DNA from: Camelus ferus
Taxonomy: Eukaryota
Reading direction: 5' to 3'
Assembly (NCBI RefSeq): GCF_009834535.1
Contig: NC_045698.1
Span: 11,906,001 to 11,970,000 of the forward strand
Length of the DNA stretch: 64,000 nt
The notes under the pieces were generated by a model. It ran no database searches, was not told the origin of the DNA, and worked only from the letters and a program-made list of their open reading frames with translations. The stretch's first letter is position 1; every line of letters begins with the position of its first letter. The translations under genes were made by a program, and so were the position numbers. Positions 28,283 through 40,900 of the stretch are shown here, in pieces.

Positions 28283-29297
28283 GGCCCAGAGGGTTCAAGG
28301 GTATCTGAATATTAGAGACTTTTAATAGTGCATGAATACAGATGTCTGCCTCCCAAGTCTCAGCATCTTGCTCCTTCCCAATTAGGGCCCTGACCTTGCA
28401 TCGTAGATTTGCTGGGGTTGAGAATTCAAACTTCTCTGCAGCTCTGCTGGCCTTATAATTAAGTCCAAGGTTGAATCCTGGCCTTTTTTCTCTGCCTCTG
28501 GCTGCAGGATGAGAGTCGCTTTATAAACTGCCACAGCCCTTTGGCTTTCACACATAGCCTTAAGTTGGTGATTAATCACTCCAACCTTCGCTGCCTTTCT
28601 CGTGTTCATTTTTTAGCACCCAGCAGCAAGCAGCCAAGTCCACTGTACTTACAATGACTATGTCCCTTGAAGCTCTCAATTGCCCGGATCCTGCACCCAC
28701 CTATGCTTTCCCTCCTAGCTGTCTTACCACAGTGAAAGGTTAAACAGTTGCAGGGCTACAGCATGCCCGGGGCTAGCAGTCCTCCACCCATCCCCAGAGA
28801 TGGTGTCCTCATGGACCACTGGCCAGCTGGTGCCACAGCTCCAGATGCCATCTAAGAGCCTCCTTCTTTGGACCTTTCCTGGCATCATTGGTTTTAGTTA
28901 CACTTCCCAGAAAATGAACTCTGAGATGGAGATTTACATGCAGGACCCTCCAGGGGAGTGATTTCAGGATCTATATGGAAATAAGAGTAAAAGGATCCAC
29001 ACTGGGAGAAGTTGAAATATGCAGTTGCAATAAAGACCTTAGACACTCCCATGGGGAGCTCTGAAGCTGGGAAGGCCCTCAGAGCTGTCCTAATCAAGGC
29101 AAGGGGACCAGCCACTGGATGCAAGCTGCCCCTGCAGAGGGGGTGTGGCCTTCACAGGGCAGCTTCCTTCTGCTAAAGGCTATTCCTAGAGAGGGACTCG
29201 CCGGTGAGACATCAAGGCTCAGCTCTCCTAGCATCTGGGGGCATGAGTGCCTCAGTCCCAAGGGGGGATTGGGCAGCACACCACAGTATCCACTACA
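25020..29297 (-). mobile_element. Degenerate ERVL-class provirus (LTR16/HERV16-like): 5' LTR ~28890-29297, decayed gag/pol, 3' LTR ~25020-25445
   Basis: The 5' LTR starts TGTAGTGGATACTGTGGTGTGCTGCCCA (LTR16-like). The two LTRs align to each other. Internal remnants resemble ERVL gag (PKKMKDLANKY..WILK.LDKGG-like) and pol (GATGGATCCTACGTAATGTGACTGTGGAC, ~DGSWRMTVDY). No long ORF remains. Confidence 0.72.
27933..28142. mobile_element. MER58-like hAT-Charlie MITE (also present in the right arm at ~55920-56120)
   Basis: cagaggtcagcaaac..taaacattttaggct..gaaagtagctgcagacaatatg..caataaaactttatttaca..ttgctgatcccc. Confidence 0.8.
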
Positions 29298-30267
29298 GCA
29301 CAGATGTGAGTTGTTGCATTCATGTATCCATGGTAAAAACAAAAATTAGACAGGAATCCATGAGCCCAGATTTACTGCCACATCCTACTTACTAGGGATC
29401 TTGGGAGAAGTCCTGGATTCAGCTAAATATTGTGATTATAATTGTTGTTCCTAAAATAATTCTAGGTGTGAAGGCAATAAAGTTTTTGTGGTTTAGTGTC
29501 TATAGAAACACTAAAATCCAGTTTTGAAGGGTGAAATAACAGAAAGAAGGAAAGAAAGAAACAAACAAACAAAGGAAAAATGTGTAACTAACACTCCTGT
29601 AAGTTGATATTTGTTAAACCTCATTTATAAAAACTTATAAAAAGATGTGTACGTGTATTTGAGTTAGAATCAATGAGATAAACTGCCTACGGTTTTGGGA
29701 TGTATAGCTGTCCAAATAAATGTAATTCCTTTCCTTCTAAACTCAGAAGAATAATGAGGGAAGAAGCTGAAAAATCATTTAAACTATTTTTTCTTTGAAG
29801 CTGCAAATTATAAAATCCCACAGAAACCAGTAGTTGAAGTGGTTTCAGAAGATCCCCAAGTTTTTTCATATACTTGTACAATTTCAAATTCTGATGAGTT
29901 CTTTATAAAGTTTCTTCCAAGTACCTGTATCCCTTTCAAATTGTTCAACACTTTTTCATAGCCAGAACTTTAATCTTCAAACAACTTCAGAATTGATTTC
30001 TCCATGAAATTCTGTAAGTTAGAGATCATGAACCCAAAGTAATCAGTTTGGACTCTTGTTTACAGATGTTTTTAATGTGGCCATGTGTTTAAGTTCTATC
30101 ATTACAAATGTAGCAGGTAAAGGGTCTGGTGTCCAAAATACATCATCTCACCTTATCTTTATTTCTCAGGAAATTGGGCTCCTGACTAAGGTGGATTTTC
30201 AACAAAAGGAATATAATCTTTCTCTGCATTCATTAATTCATCTGTTGCTGCAGCTGGGTTCATTTTG

Positions 30268-30269
<2 letters not shown>

Positions 30270-30312
<43 letters not shown>

Positions 30313-30320
30313 CACACACA
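30270..30320 (+). repeat. (CA)n microsatellite
   Basis: Direct reading. Confidence 0.95.
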
Positions 30321-31174
30321 TAGAGAATCCACACATCTAACTCTCTCTTCCCCCCAAATATAATGAACAATTGGACTTTAAATTGCAGGCAACAGTCATG
30401 AACAGAACGTTAGAGGCCACTGGTCCAAACCTGGGATCCTGTAAATCTGGTTGAAAGGCAAAAGATAGTAAAGATGTTTCTGGATCCTGAGATGTCTGCC
30501 TCTTGTTCACGGAGTGGAGAGAATTAATGAAATTGCATGTGCTCCACCCCAAGCGTGGTGCTGGCACAGAATCACTTGGTAAGGCCTGCAGTCCATCACA
30601 CCGAAGTCTGAACACTGAATGATATTTTGTAAATCGTGTGGCTTCAAAACCTGGCCTGGACAGATGGGAGGCTACTTCTAGACTTGGTGAGAGTGGAATC
30701 GGCCCTCTCTAGAAATAGTCACATGTGACCCCTCCCCTCCCTTTCCTGGCCATCACTGGTCAGTCTGGGATAAAGGCTGCTTGATCAGGCGGCCTGTGTG
30801 TGTCAGCACCTGTTAGGCACCTTGTCACCTGGCTTTGGGGATGCCTGCAGGGGTCAGTATCTGACCCTATTTCAAATGAGGAATCTGGGACACAGAGAAA
30901 CAAGTAACTTAGTGAAGAACTACCAAGTGTAGAACTGGGCTGGCTTCCCAGTCTCTGACCCCACAAGGTTCTGCTCCTCCTACACACCAGGCCCAGATTT
31001 AAGTGAGGAAACGCTATTTTTTAGGGAAAGGCATCTCCCCTGCATACTAAGAGACAGGAAAGTGTATAGCAATGTGGATTCTCAAAGTGTGATCCAGGGA
31101 AATCTGGGTGTCACCAAGAACTTCTCAAGGGGCTTGCAAAATCAAAGCTATTTTGATAATAATATTAAGATTTC

Positions 31175-31799
31175 TGGGCATATATCCAGAAGGAACCCTA
31201 CTTCAAAAAGACACCTGCACCCCAATGTTCATAGCAGCACTATTTACAATAGCCAAGACATGGAAACAGCCTAAATGTCCATCAACAGATGACTGGATAA
31301 AGAAGATGTGGTATATTTATACAATGGAATACTATTCAGCCATGAAAACTGACAACATAACGCCATTTGCAGCAACATGGATGTCCCTGGAGAATGTCAT
31401 TCTAAGTGAAGTAAGCCAGAAAGAGAAAGAAAAATACCATATGAGATCGCTCATATATGGAATCTAAAAAAAAAAGAAGAAGAAATACAAAACAGAAACA
31501 GACTCATAGTCATAGAACACAAACTTGTGGTTGCCAAGGGGGAGGTGGGTGGGAAGGGATAGACTGGGAGTTCAAAATTTGTAGATACTGACAGGCATAT
31601 AAAGAGTAGAATAAACAAGATTATACTGTGTAGCACAGGGAAATATATACAAGATCTTGTGGTAGCTCATGGTGAAAAAAAATGTGACAATGACTATATG
31701 TATGTTCATGTATAACTGAAATATTGTGCTCTACACTGGAATTTTGACACAACATTGTAAAATGACTATAACTCAATAAGAAAACGTTTAAAACAAAAA
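31175..31799 (+). mobile_element. Young 5'-truncated L1 (ORF2 C-terminus plus 3'UTR) nested in a hAT-Charlie remnant (~31070-32230)
   Basis: Uninterrupted ORF2 end LGIYPE..DTCTPMFIAALFTIAKTWKQPKCPSTDDWIKKMWYIYTMEYYSA. TSD AAGATTTC at 31167-31174 and 31800-31807. Confidence 0.92.
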
Positions 31800-32043
31800 A
31801 AGATTTCCCTTTTCAGCCTTGTTCTCCCAATAGGGCACAGGGAGTTTTTACCACCTATATGATCTGTGTTGTACCAGAGACTGAATGCAGGTGCAAAGAG
31901 GACAATCCTGTTGTCTTCAGTTCAGCTGGATGTGAAAGATATTTGACAAAAGGTAAAATAAATCTACTCTTCTCATTACAGTTTTTTTACAGAAAGTCTA
32001 ATTATTTTTCTTTAAAAGATATTAAGGTTTACACATAATAATT

Positions 32044-32130
32044 TTATTATTTTTAAATAAATTAATATTTAAGTATTTCTTCAATCTTTTGTTATTTTTA
32101 AATAAATTAATATTTAAATATTTTTTGTCT
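32044..32130 (+). repeat. Two-copy ~45-nt AT-rich tandem duplication
   Basis: ttatttttaaataaattaatatttaa occurs twice, 45 nt apart. Confidence 0.85.
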
Positions 32131-33249
32131 TTTTTTTTTTCCATCTTAACAGTGTATATTAATAGAGACAACCAACAAATCCAAATGCCCTTCAGAGTCC
32201 TCACTTCTTTGGAAGAGTGTAAAAGGGTGTCAGTGCCTCAGTTTCCCCACTTGGATGAACAGGGTATTACCTACCTCAGAGTCATTCTGAGAACACAGTG
32301 GTTTAACACGTGTGAAGTGCCTACAACACTATCCTGCACATAAGAAGCTCTTTTAGTTTTTATTGTTACGGAATTTTTACATATTATATACTTTTGTGTT
32401 TATTTCATGAATAGCTTTAAGAGGAAGAAAAAGAATACACTACCAAATTATCCACATAGACTTCATTCATTGAATTAGAAACAGGAAAACCACCTTGGAA
32501 GGAGAGCCACGCTTCAAGCATAAATGTTACAATAGTCTTCGTTCACCATCAATTTCCTATTCTCATCTTGAATTTAGGATTAAGAGGACATATTCTATAA
32601 AATCAAAATTGTAGATTTCTTTACAAAACACAAGTTTGATGTTTTAGTATAGCTGAACGCTTTTAATAGAGTTGCACGTATGTGCTAAATATAGAAGCAT
32701 TCTTCTCCTCTGAAGAAATGCATCATGTTTACTCAGCAAACAGCTTTTACTAAAAGGTTCTTGAAGGAGCTGGAAAACATTCGACTTTGCTGAGTAGCGT
32801 AGTGACTGTCACTCCCAACGTGGAGAGGGTGGTTTTCCCTTGCTGTCAGTTCCTGCCGTGTACCGCAGATGAGTCACGTTACATCCAGGTTCTGGTGTGT
32901 TAACCAGGATGGGAGGGAAGAGATGGGAGGTGGGAATTGATCTGGGTCAGTTCACAGTGTCACCAAAGTCTGAAGTGCTCTGACTCGAGCAGCACAGATG
33001 GTAGCACAGGGACACAGAGCAGCAAGACCGCGGGCTGCTGTGCCCGAGACTTCCCAGCTGTGCAACGGGAATAATCACTGTATCTACTTGATAAGGATGT
33101 TGTAAAGACTAAGTAACGTGAATACTGTATTGACGTCCTTGCCGGTGAAGCCATATCGACAGGAAAACTGCACCAGAAAGCAGTAAGTAGAAGCCAAAAT
33201 GCCACCTGTGCAAAGGCTTGATGGTGCGATGGTGAGGTGTGTCGGTCAC

Positions 33250-33768
33250 TACTGCTGTGTAACGCAGTGGTGTAAACAGTTCGTTTATTATGCTCACAGC
33301 TCCTGAGGGCCAGGGATCTGGGGAAGTCTCACCTGGGCGGGTTTGGTTAGGATCTGTCACATGGTTGTGGTCAGATGTCAGTGGACGATGAAGTCATCTG
33401 AAGATTCGACTGGGCTGGACATGCGAGATGGTGACCTCAGATGCTGGCAGTTGGCTGCTGACTGGAACCTCAGCTGGGATCGTCAACCAGAGCCCCCACA
33501 GTGACCTTTCCACACAGCCTGGGTTTTTGTAAGCACGACCTCTTTGGGGATGTCACACTTCTTACATGGTCAGGGTCCAAGGAAGCAAGATGGGAGCTGA
33601 ACTGCATTATGTGACTATCCCTGGAGTCAGCAGCGTCATGAACACTGCATTTTATTGGTTAAGTCAAGTCAAATAAGGCCAGCCGAGCATCGAGGACAGG
33701 GGTGGTAGACCCCACCTCTCCATGGGAGCACCATCAAAGAATGAGCAGACCTGTTGCCAAGTTGCCAT
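33250..33768 (-). mobile_element. MLT1 (MaLR) LTR remnant
   Basis: actgctgtgtaac..ttattatgctcacagctcctgagggccagggatctggg..gtcatctgaag..actgggctggac..gacccacctctccatggga. Confidence 0.65.
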
Positions 33769-33959
33769 ATTAGGTTAATAAAAAATATTTGTTTTCATTC
33801 TCTACTGTCTCCAAAAGAATACAAAAGAGACAATATTGAACATATTGACCTGAGAAAGTCCCATATAATCATACGGCACTTTCTTCCTAACTGTCCCCCA
33901 ATCCTGCATAAGAGAAGAATTTAGCTCAGCCCAGTTTGAGAATAGGGACAAGAGGAAAG

Positions 33960-35775
33960 AGAGGAACCGGCAATTGCCAACTGCATTTCCAACACTGTTG
34001 CCTTATGACAGGTCTCATTACCTTGGGGTTTTACTCTATTCGGTTATAAGCGAGGCTACTGTAACAGAAACTCCACAACACAGTGGCTTCAGTTTATGTC
34101 TCATAATGGTCCAACCAGCTTGTGTGGCAGGGCAGCTCTACTTGGTGATGTCATTTGGAGACCCAGGTTCCTCCCATGCCATCACTCGACCATTCTCTAA
34201 GGTGTTACCCTCACCTGCATGTGTGAGTGTAGCAACACCCCACCTCCAGCTGGTGAGAGGAAAAAGAGGCAGAGTCTAAAAATGCAGCTTCTCTCCAAGT
34301 CAGAGAGGATCTCTACTTAGGTTGACTCCAACCTCTGCGCACATCCATTGGCCTTAGTTTAGTCACACAATCGCACCCTGCTGCACAGGAGGCTGGGAAG
34401 GATAGCCTGGCTGGGAAGCCCTGGGCACAGGAAGAAAGGACAGACCTACAAAAGAACAGTCTGCCCCACAAATAATCAATAAACTATTATTCTAACATTG
34501 AAATGTTTGCAGCATTAACAAGCTAGTCAAATCTTCCTAATCTCCACCAATTTTGGTGTCATAAATGATTAACGTACCAAATGCAAATGCATCTAAATCA
34601 AATGACAGGTACTCTTCAAAGCCCTTGTAAATTTCTCCAGGACTGCCAGCAAGTCCCTTGCAAAAATGTCTGCCCAGTGAGTTGGAAACACAGCAATTAC
34701 CTGGTCTACATATAAATTACTGTGAATTCTGAATTAATCATGTCCAATGGGATCCTAACAGGGTTTATAAAAACTCAAATGGAGGAAAGCAAATTAAAAG
34801 CTAAGAATCCACCAGTAACCAAAATCGGTTGAGGGCAAAACATGTTCACGTTCTAGGCAAGAAAAGGTGATATTTTCTTTCACCTGATAACATTTATGTT
34901 AACTATGTGTGCATCATGTGCCATCGATGTGATTATTAGAGTCCATGTATTTCTAGATGTAGCACAAGATTCTTTCACATCTGCTACAAACATAAGGGGC
35001 TTGAATAGACATTTATAGCGCCGCCGAGTGTCCACTTCAGGATGGGGTGCCTCTGAGGGTTGTGTGTGAACATGTTGCAGCATAAAGGATGTTGGAACAG
35101 AAATCTTTAGCTCCCTTTTGTTGTCTCTTTACAAGTTATTGAACTTCCCTAAATCTATTTTCTCATCTGTGAAATAGGAATGCTCTCTACACCCCACAGT
35201 GGAGAAACAAAAAAATGGCACAATAAAGCACTTCATGCTCCATAAAACAGCGACTCGTAGTCCACAAAGCAGAAAGAGGGCATGGACCCTGCCTGCAGTC
35301 TGCAGGGAGGCTGTGCCACCAATCAGGAGAGCCGCCTGGGCTTCGGTAAAAATCACAGACAGGGAACAAGATTCCGTTCCCTCACTTTTGATCCCATCTT
35401 GATGTCTCAACCAGAGACAGACCGATCAACTTGTGAGGGCCATCTGATCCCGGATTTGCTCCCAGGAGGAAAGATCTCACGCAAGTCCAGGTCAGCCTGG
35501 CAGCAGCGCTCACGTGGTAACTGGCACAGAAGCTTGAGCAGGATGACTTCGGTACCTGCTGTAAGTTTAGACCACTGACTGTCTCAGAGACAATAACTGT
35601 TAGGAATGATTGATAAGAATCAAATTTAGAATTGATTTAGTAAAAAGATTTAACTGGGGAGTCATTTGGATTAATTTTTGATTTAATTTAAAAAGTGAAT
35701 CAAATTTGGAGGAAGAAAAGCACCGCGTTGACAATCTCCTGTAAGTCGTGCAATTCAAAATGACCAAGTGCGACG
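33960..35775 (+). repeat. Left inner arm segment of the inverted duplication (diverged; partner 52200-54165)
   Basis: Colinear inverted homology including non-repeat sequence. Examples: caaatcttcctaatctcc (~34528) vs ggagattaggaagatttg (~53467); tcttgatgtctcaa..gacagacc.atcaacttgtgagggcca (~35400) vs ~52535-52580; tcatttggattaatttttga (~35662) vs ~52295. Confidence 0.9.
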
Positions 35776-37658
35776 GTAAGGATGGGGCAGCTTTCCCTCC
35801 GCTCTAAGCTGGTTGGCTGTTTGGCAGGTTCTGCCCCTTCTCCAGTGTGATCAGCATGAGACACCAGGAAAAGGACATGTACCCCTGAAAGGACCAAAAA
35901 GGGGGGAGGGCTGACAGCAAGTAACTGTGTGGGAACAGGCCAGGAAATCCCAGGAATTCCCACTGCAGAGGGCAGAGCGTGGGGAGCAGCACACCCGGAG
36001 ACAGAAAACAGACACACACCAAAGGAGAGAATGACAGCGGGACCCAGTGTCAGCATTCCCACACTCTCCTGAACCACAAAGAAGTCCTCCCCCAAACAAG
36101 CTCATTTGTCATGTTTCTTGTTTTGTTTATTCGACACAGGAGGAATTGTTTAAATCTCTTCTTTTTTGGCCTTCTCTCCCAAAGAGAATTTTACTCCAGA
36201 AAGGCAAGTAAACTGAATTTTCTAAAGTGGTGATGTGGATAGAGGTGACATAGAGGATTGCGTCACAAACTTAACTGAGAACAAAGAGGTGTCTCTAGAA
36301 GCCTGGGAAGAAGTAGACAATAAATAAACGGAGGCAGGTTTTTGTAAATCAGCAAACCTACTGTCCTCTCTGCCACCTACAGGTAAAAAGACCTCAGAAT
36401 TAAAAGAGTATATATGTACAAACAAGACACACTAAAAGTGCTGGGCTGGTGTGGGAAAGGGGGTCAGAGGAGGGAGCGTCGGCTGCGGGGAGAGGTAAGC
36501 GCCCTGTGGGGACCCGCACCGTCGACGGCCCCCCTAGCAGTCAGAAGCAATGAACTAGGCAGATCCAGCTGAGTGAAAAAATACTCAATGAAAAATAAAA
36601 CTGACAAGAGTTATAGCATAGTATTCTGTACATTCAGTGAAGTATAAATTTATAATATACCTCATGACACACAGTGTATCATTTCCTGGGGTATAGACTT
36701 AAAGACAGTCAGACACAAGAGGGTGGGTACTTGTGTGACTCGGACGCCAGAAAACAGGATGAAGGAGCAAAATCAGGAGCAGGGAGCCGTCCACTGTCGG
36801 ACAGCGAGCCTGTGTACAGAGGAGACATGATTAATTCAATTTTGCATCCAAAATTTACAGAAAAAGACACGTCTCTAGCAAACGAGGGCTGGTGAACACA
36901 GGGTAAGGACAGGCACCATCTCCCGGCATCCTCAAACACTCCTCAGAAAGACCACTGCGCTGCCCAGAGCATCCCCTCCTCAGTGGGGCACCTGCCCCCC
37001 GAGGGAGGCCCGGAGGCACCGACTTCATGCCGGGGGCTGAGTGAGTGACGGGTCCTTGGCCGATTTCTTACTGACCTGGGAGGTAAAAAACACCGCATTC
37101 TATAGATTATAAAAACCAAGCCACGTTTCCCCAGGCAGAAAGCTAGCCCAGTGGGTTAGACCCTCACGTTTGCCTTCATTCCCAGTGCACCCCGGCCTCC
37201 CCTAAACCACGTAAATGGAGAGTCTCTTCACAGACTGAACCGTGACACCATCCGCACATTTTACACGTTTTCTTCCTGCCCTGAGGGCAGCACTGGGAAC
37301 TGACCGTGAGCGCACAGCACCGTCACCTCCGTGCGCCCACACTGAGGAACGAAGGCCCTTCGCAGCAGGGCCCGGACGCGCTCTTTCGCGTTGCCTGCAT
37401 TTACTGACAGTGCCCGGAGACGGTCACCACCTCGGGGGCCACGATGCACCCCAGTGAGGGACATCCCACTTGGCTCCTCCAGAAGCTTCGAGTCCTCCAT
37501 CCTGTCCTGACAGCCCGAAATCAGCTCCAGCCGAGGCAACGCAGCAGCTCTCGGGAGCAGGGCAGGCCCGTCCCAGCACACACAGCACTCACTCTGTCAG
37601 AACAGGACCTTTCTGCCCTGTTCAAAAATGACACGGGAGCGCCCAGGGGATTCTGCCC

Positions 37659-37664
37659 TTTATT
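37659..37664 (-). terminator. Polyadenylation signal AATAAA of ZNF622
   Basis: TTTATT on + strand, ~130 nt downstream of the stop codon. A GT/T-rich stretch (GTGTCATTTTTG) follows on the minus strand. Confidence 0.7.
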
Positions 37665-37793
37665 ACGGGGACGAGCAGATGAAGTACAGGGAGAACAGCA
37701 GCAAAGGGGCCCACCGTCTAACCCGGCTTCCGGGGTCCTCGGGCGGGGAGGCCGTGTGCGCATGAGGCAGACGAGGACTCGAGCCCCGGCGAC

Positions 37794-37921
37794 TCAGAAC
37801 AGCACCTGCGGCCTGAAGTGCTTCTGCCTGATGGCGTTGTTCTGCATCCCTGTCTTCAGCATCCACTTTGCCTTCATCCTCTGGACGTACTGCATGTCCC
37901 GCTGGCGCATGAGCGCTGCTC
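37794..37921 (-). CDS. ZNF622: ZNF622 exon 6 (coding part, ends in TGA)
   Basis: Acceptor cttccacctccag|GA. Encodes AALMRQRDMQYVQRMKAKWMLKTGMQNNAIRQKHFRPQVLF*. Confidence 0.94.
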
Positions 37922-40900
37922 CTGGAGGTGGAAGGGAGGTAAGAAATGGGGCCAAGGTTTGTGACTTGTGGTCACAGAAAACCCAATTCTGCAGAGAATC
38001 AGAGCTAGTCTGCAGTAACTGGGTTCCTAGAGTTACAGAAGAGATACTATCTGGGGTCCCTATCCAGTGGGCCTTGGGGGGCTATGTGCACCTCAGAACT
38101 GCACCCCTGAGCTCTCTGTATACACCTTCTCCGGGATGAGCCTCTTTAGTTGTCATCATATCAAAAAGTCTGTAAGAGCAAGATGAAGTCAGCGAGCTCA
38201 CAGCTCACAGGGAGCCCTAGTGAAACCACGTGTATACAGACACAGCGGCAGCGACAGTGATTTCAGTGTCAGAGCTTCCCGGCCGTCAGCAGGCAGCTCC
38301 CTGCTCTCCCGCCACTGTCTTCAGTGGTCTGACGTTCTCCTTGAAGATCAAGGAGAACCAGCTTCACTCAGCAGACACATCAGAATAGATTTAAATAATT
38401 TTATACTGATGATGCTTCAAAGTTTAACAATTTCAGTGGCCTGCTCTACTCCTCTGACTCTAAGTTTTCCGTGGGAAAACTACAAAAGGACTGACGGCTT
38501 CAATCACGTGCATGTGCGGTGTCATTTGCACTTTAGGACAGTCGGCCTGCACAGCCCTGCAAGGTAGGTCCCACTAGCATCACTACTCAGGAGGAAGCAG
38601 AGGAAACAAGAGACTTCGATTATTTACATCACTCGAACTCGTATAAGAACCTACAAGATATCAGGTAAGTCATGTTTGACTCCACAACCCAAACTATTGC
38701 CACAAAGATACTATTTAATTCCTCTGTATAACCTCCAGGAGAACTTCAACCTTTTCTGATTATTAGACAATTATGTTCATAACAGTGACCTCCTGAAAGT
38801 CAGTGGTGCACACGCAGGTTTTAGAAAGTTGCTGTGCCACGAATAAGAAGTTGTTTCCGTCATGGAGCTGGGGGCTTATTGCCATAAACGCCTCAAGTGG
38901 TCACAGACGCCCCCAGAGCCAAGGTAAGCGTCCCCTGGGGAGGATCCTTAGGGACAAGGTCAGTAAACACCCCTTCACCCAGGCCCGCTGAGGAACTGCA
39001 AGTCCCCGGGCTGCTCCGTGGCTGTCCCCGCGACGCCGCACCTGTGCTCCCGGTCCAGCCCAGGGCTCTGTACTGCTGCAGGACCCGGCCCACCGCCTTC
39101 TGGTTCTTAGCAACGGCCACGGCTCTGGACAAGCCAAACCGCTGTTTGTAGTATCTCATCAGGGAGCGATGACCCACTCTGGCACCTGTTTTTCAAAACA
39201 GCAACGTTGAAGCACCGAGCTGGCACTCTCTCAAGGCAGAGCTATGAAGCTAGGGCTTTCCCAGTCAGACTTTTCACATTTATCCAGCTGGAAAGTGCAT
39301 GTGTCGGAAGAAACAGTGCTCTACCCACTGAGGAAAGATGAGGCCGCATGTTAAACAATGAAAGAAAAAAAACCAAAGAGCAGAGAGATTTAAGAAAAGG
39401 GACCACGGCAAGCCACTGTCAAGTGAAAAACTCAGCGTCTGTACTGATTTATTTTATAAAAGAGCCTCCCCAGAAGTGCACAAGCCGCCCCTACTAACAC
39501 CTGCAACCGGGCCCTAGGGGTAAGGAATCTCAACGTCTTAATAGAAAAAAGATTAAGCACACAGAACGGCCCTGATGTTTAGGTCTACCAGCCACAGTCT
39601 GGGTCCAGAAGGGGAACCAATCCACTTTTCCTTGGCTTACAGTCTCCAGTGCAGTGGTTCTCAAACAGGGGCGATCTTATCCCCAGGGGACATGTGGCAA
39701 TGACTGGAGGGAGGCTCCCGGCACCGAGTGGGCAGAGGCCAGGGACGTGGCTAAAATCATACCACGCACAGGACAGCCTCCACAGCAAAGGGTTATCTGC
39801 CCGAAATGTCCACAGTGCTGAGGCCGAGAACCCCTGCCCTACTGCTCCTAAATGAGGGAAGGCACCTAAGGAACCATATCTGGGAAAGATGGCTAAGCTT
39901 GATTCTCTCTACAGCTTTTTACTTATTGACAAGGATCTGCTACAACCTTGCTGGTCATTCATGCTTTCAGAAGTGAGTTCTCTGGACTAACTGCTCTTTT
40001 ACAGAAAAGTGTGCTGACCCGTGGATCTTAGCCTCACAGCAGATGAAAGTGAAGGATGCAGGCTTCAGTGATGACTAACTCCAGGCTCCAGCAGAGGAGT
40101 GGCTCTCAAAAAGTGGTCCAGGGCCACTGGCATTAGCATCACCTGAGAGCTTACTAAACACAGGCTATGCTTTCCCAAGAATGTGTATTAGGACATAAGC
40201 AATCAAACACACGCCCAGACAGACAGAAACACGTAGAAACTTACAACAGAACATACACCAGGTACGGAACAGTTACTGCCACTGAAAATGAAGAAAGGAA
40301 ATATGGCCAGGTAGAACCACGTGTACAGCTTCTATGGAAGTTGCATGCTTACATATATAGAATCATTTCTTTCATAGTCTTTTTGGTAGAAAGGCCATGA
40401 CTAGCATACTGTAAGTATTGTAGATAGCTATACTTGCTTTTAGAATCTAGATTTTTTTTTTATTGAAGTAGGATCTAGATTTTTAAGTTACACGACAAAA
40501 TGCTGTCAGGTTATCTCGTTTTAAGTCCCTATTCCTGGCAAGCCACCTGAGACACAGTCTGCTTGCTACACAGATACGCAAAAGTAGTTCCTTTTAGTTG
40601 ATTCTTTTGTGTTCAGACGCAAGACTTGACAAAAAGAAATTTTCAATTCAAAGATGATTGGCCTTTGGATACTGATATGGATGAAAAGATGTTTTCCTGG
40701 ACCACACTGCCCTGACACCATAAGGGTCAACAAAGCTCCTAGATCACAAGAGGTAAGTGAGATTCCACTGGTGGGTGAGGACTCACGTGTAAATGGCGGC
40801 TCCAGCAGCAAAGCCCAGAACTCCTGACTATGACTTCCTATTTCTAATGTAGGTCAGGATGCTCCAGGTTTACACTGATTGCCTCAGAATCATTCAGTGA

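Noticed and set aside
15650..36540. CTCF-like words at ~15655, ~18748 and ~36527
   Set aside because: Each mismatches core consensus positions and cannot be supported without a PWM scan or ChIP data.
37444..38139. 231-aa plus-strand ORF
   Set aside because: It lies antisense to ZNF622 exon 6 and the 3'UTR in GC-rich DNA where stops are rare, and has no recognisable domain.
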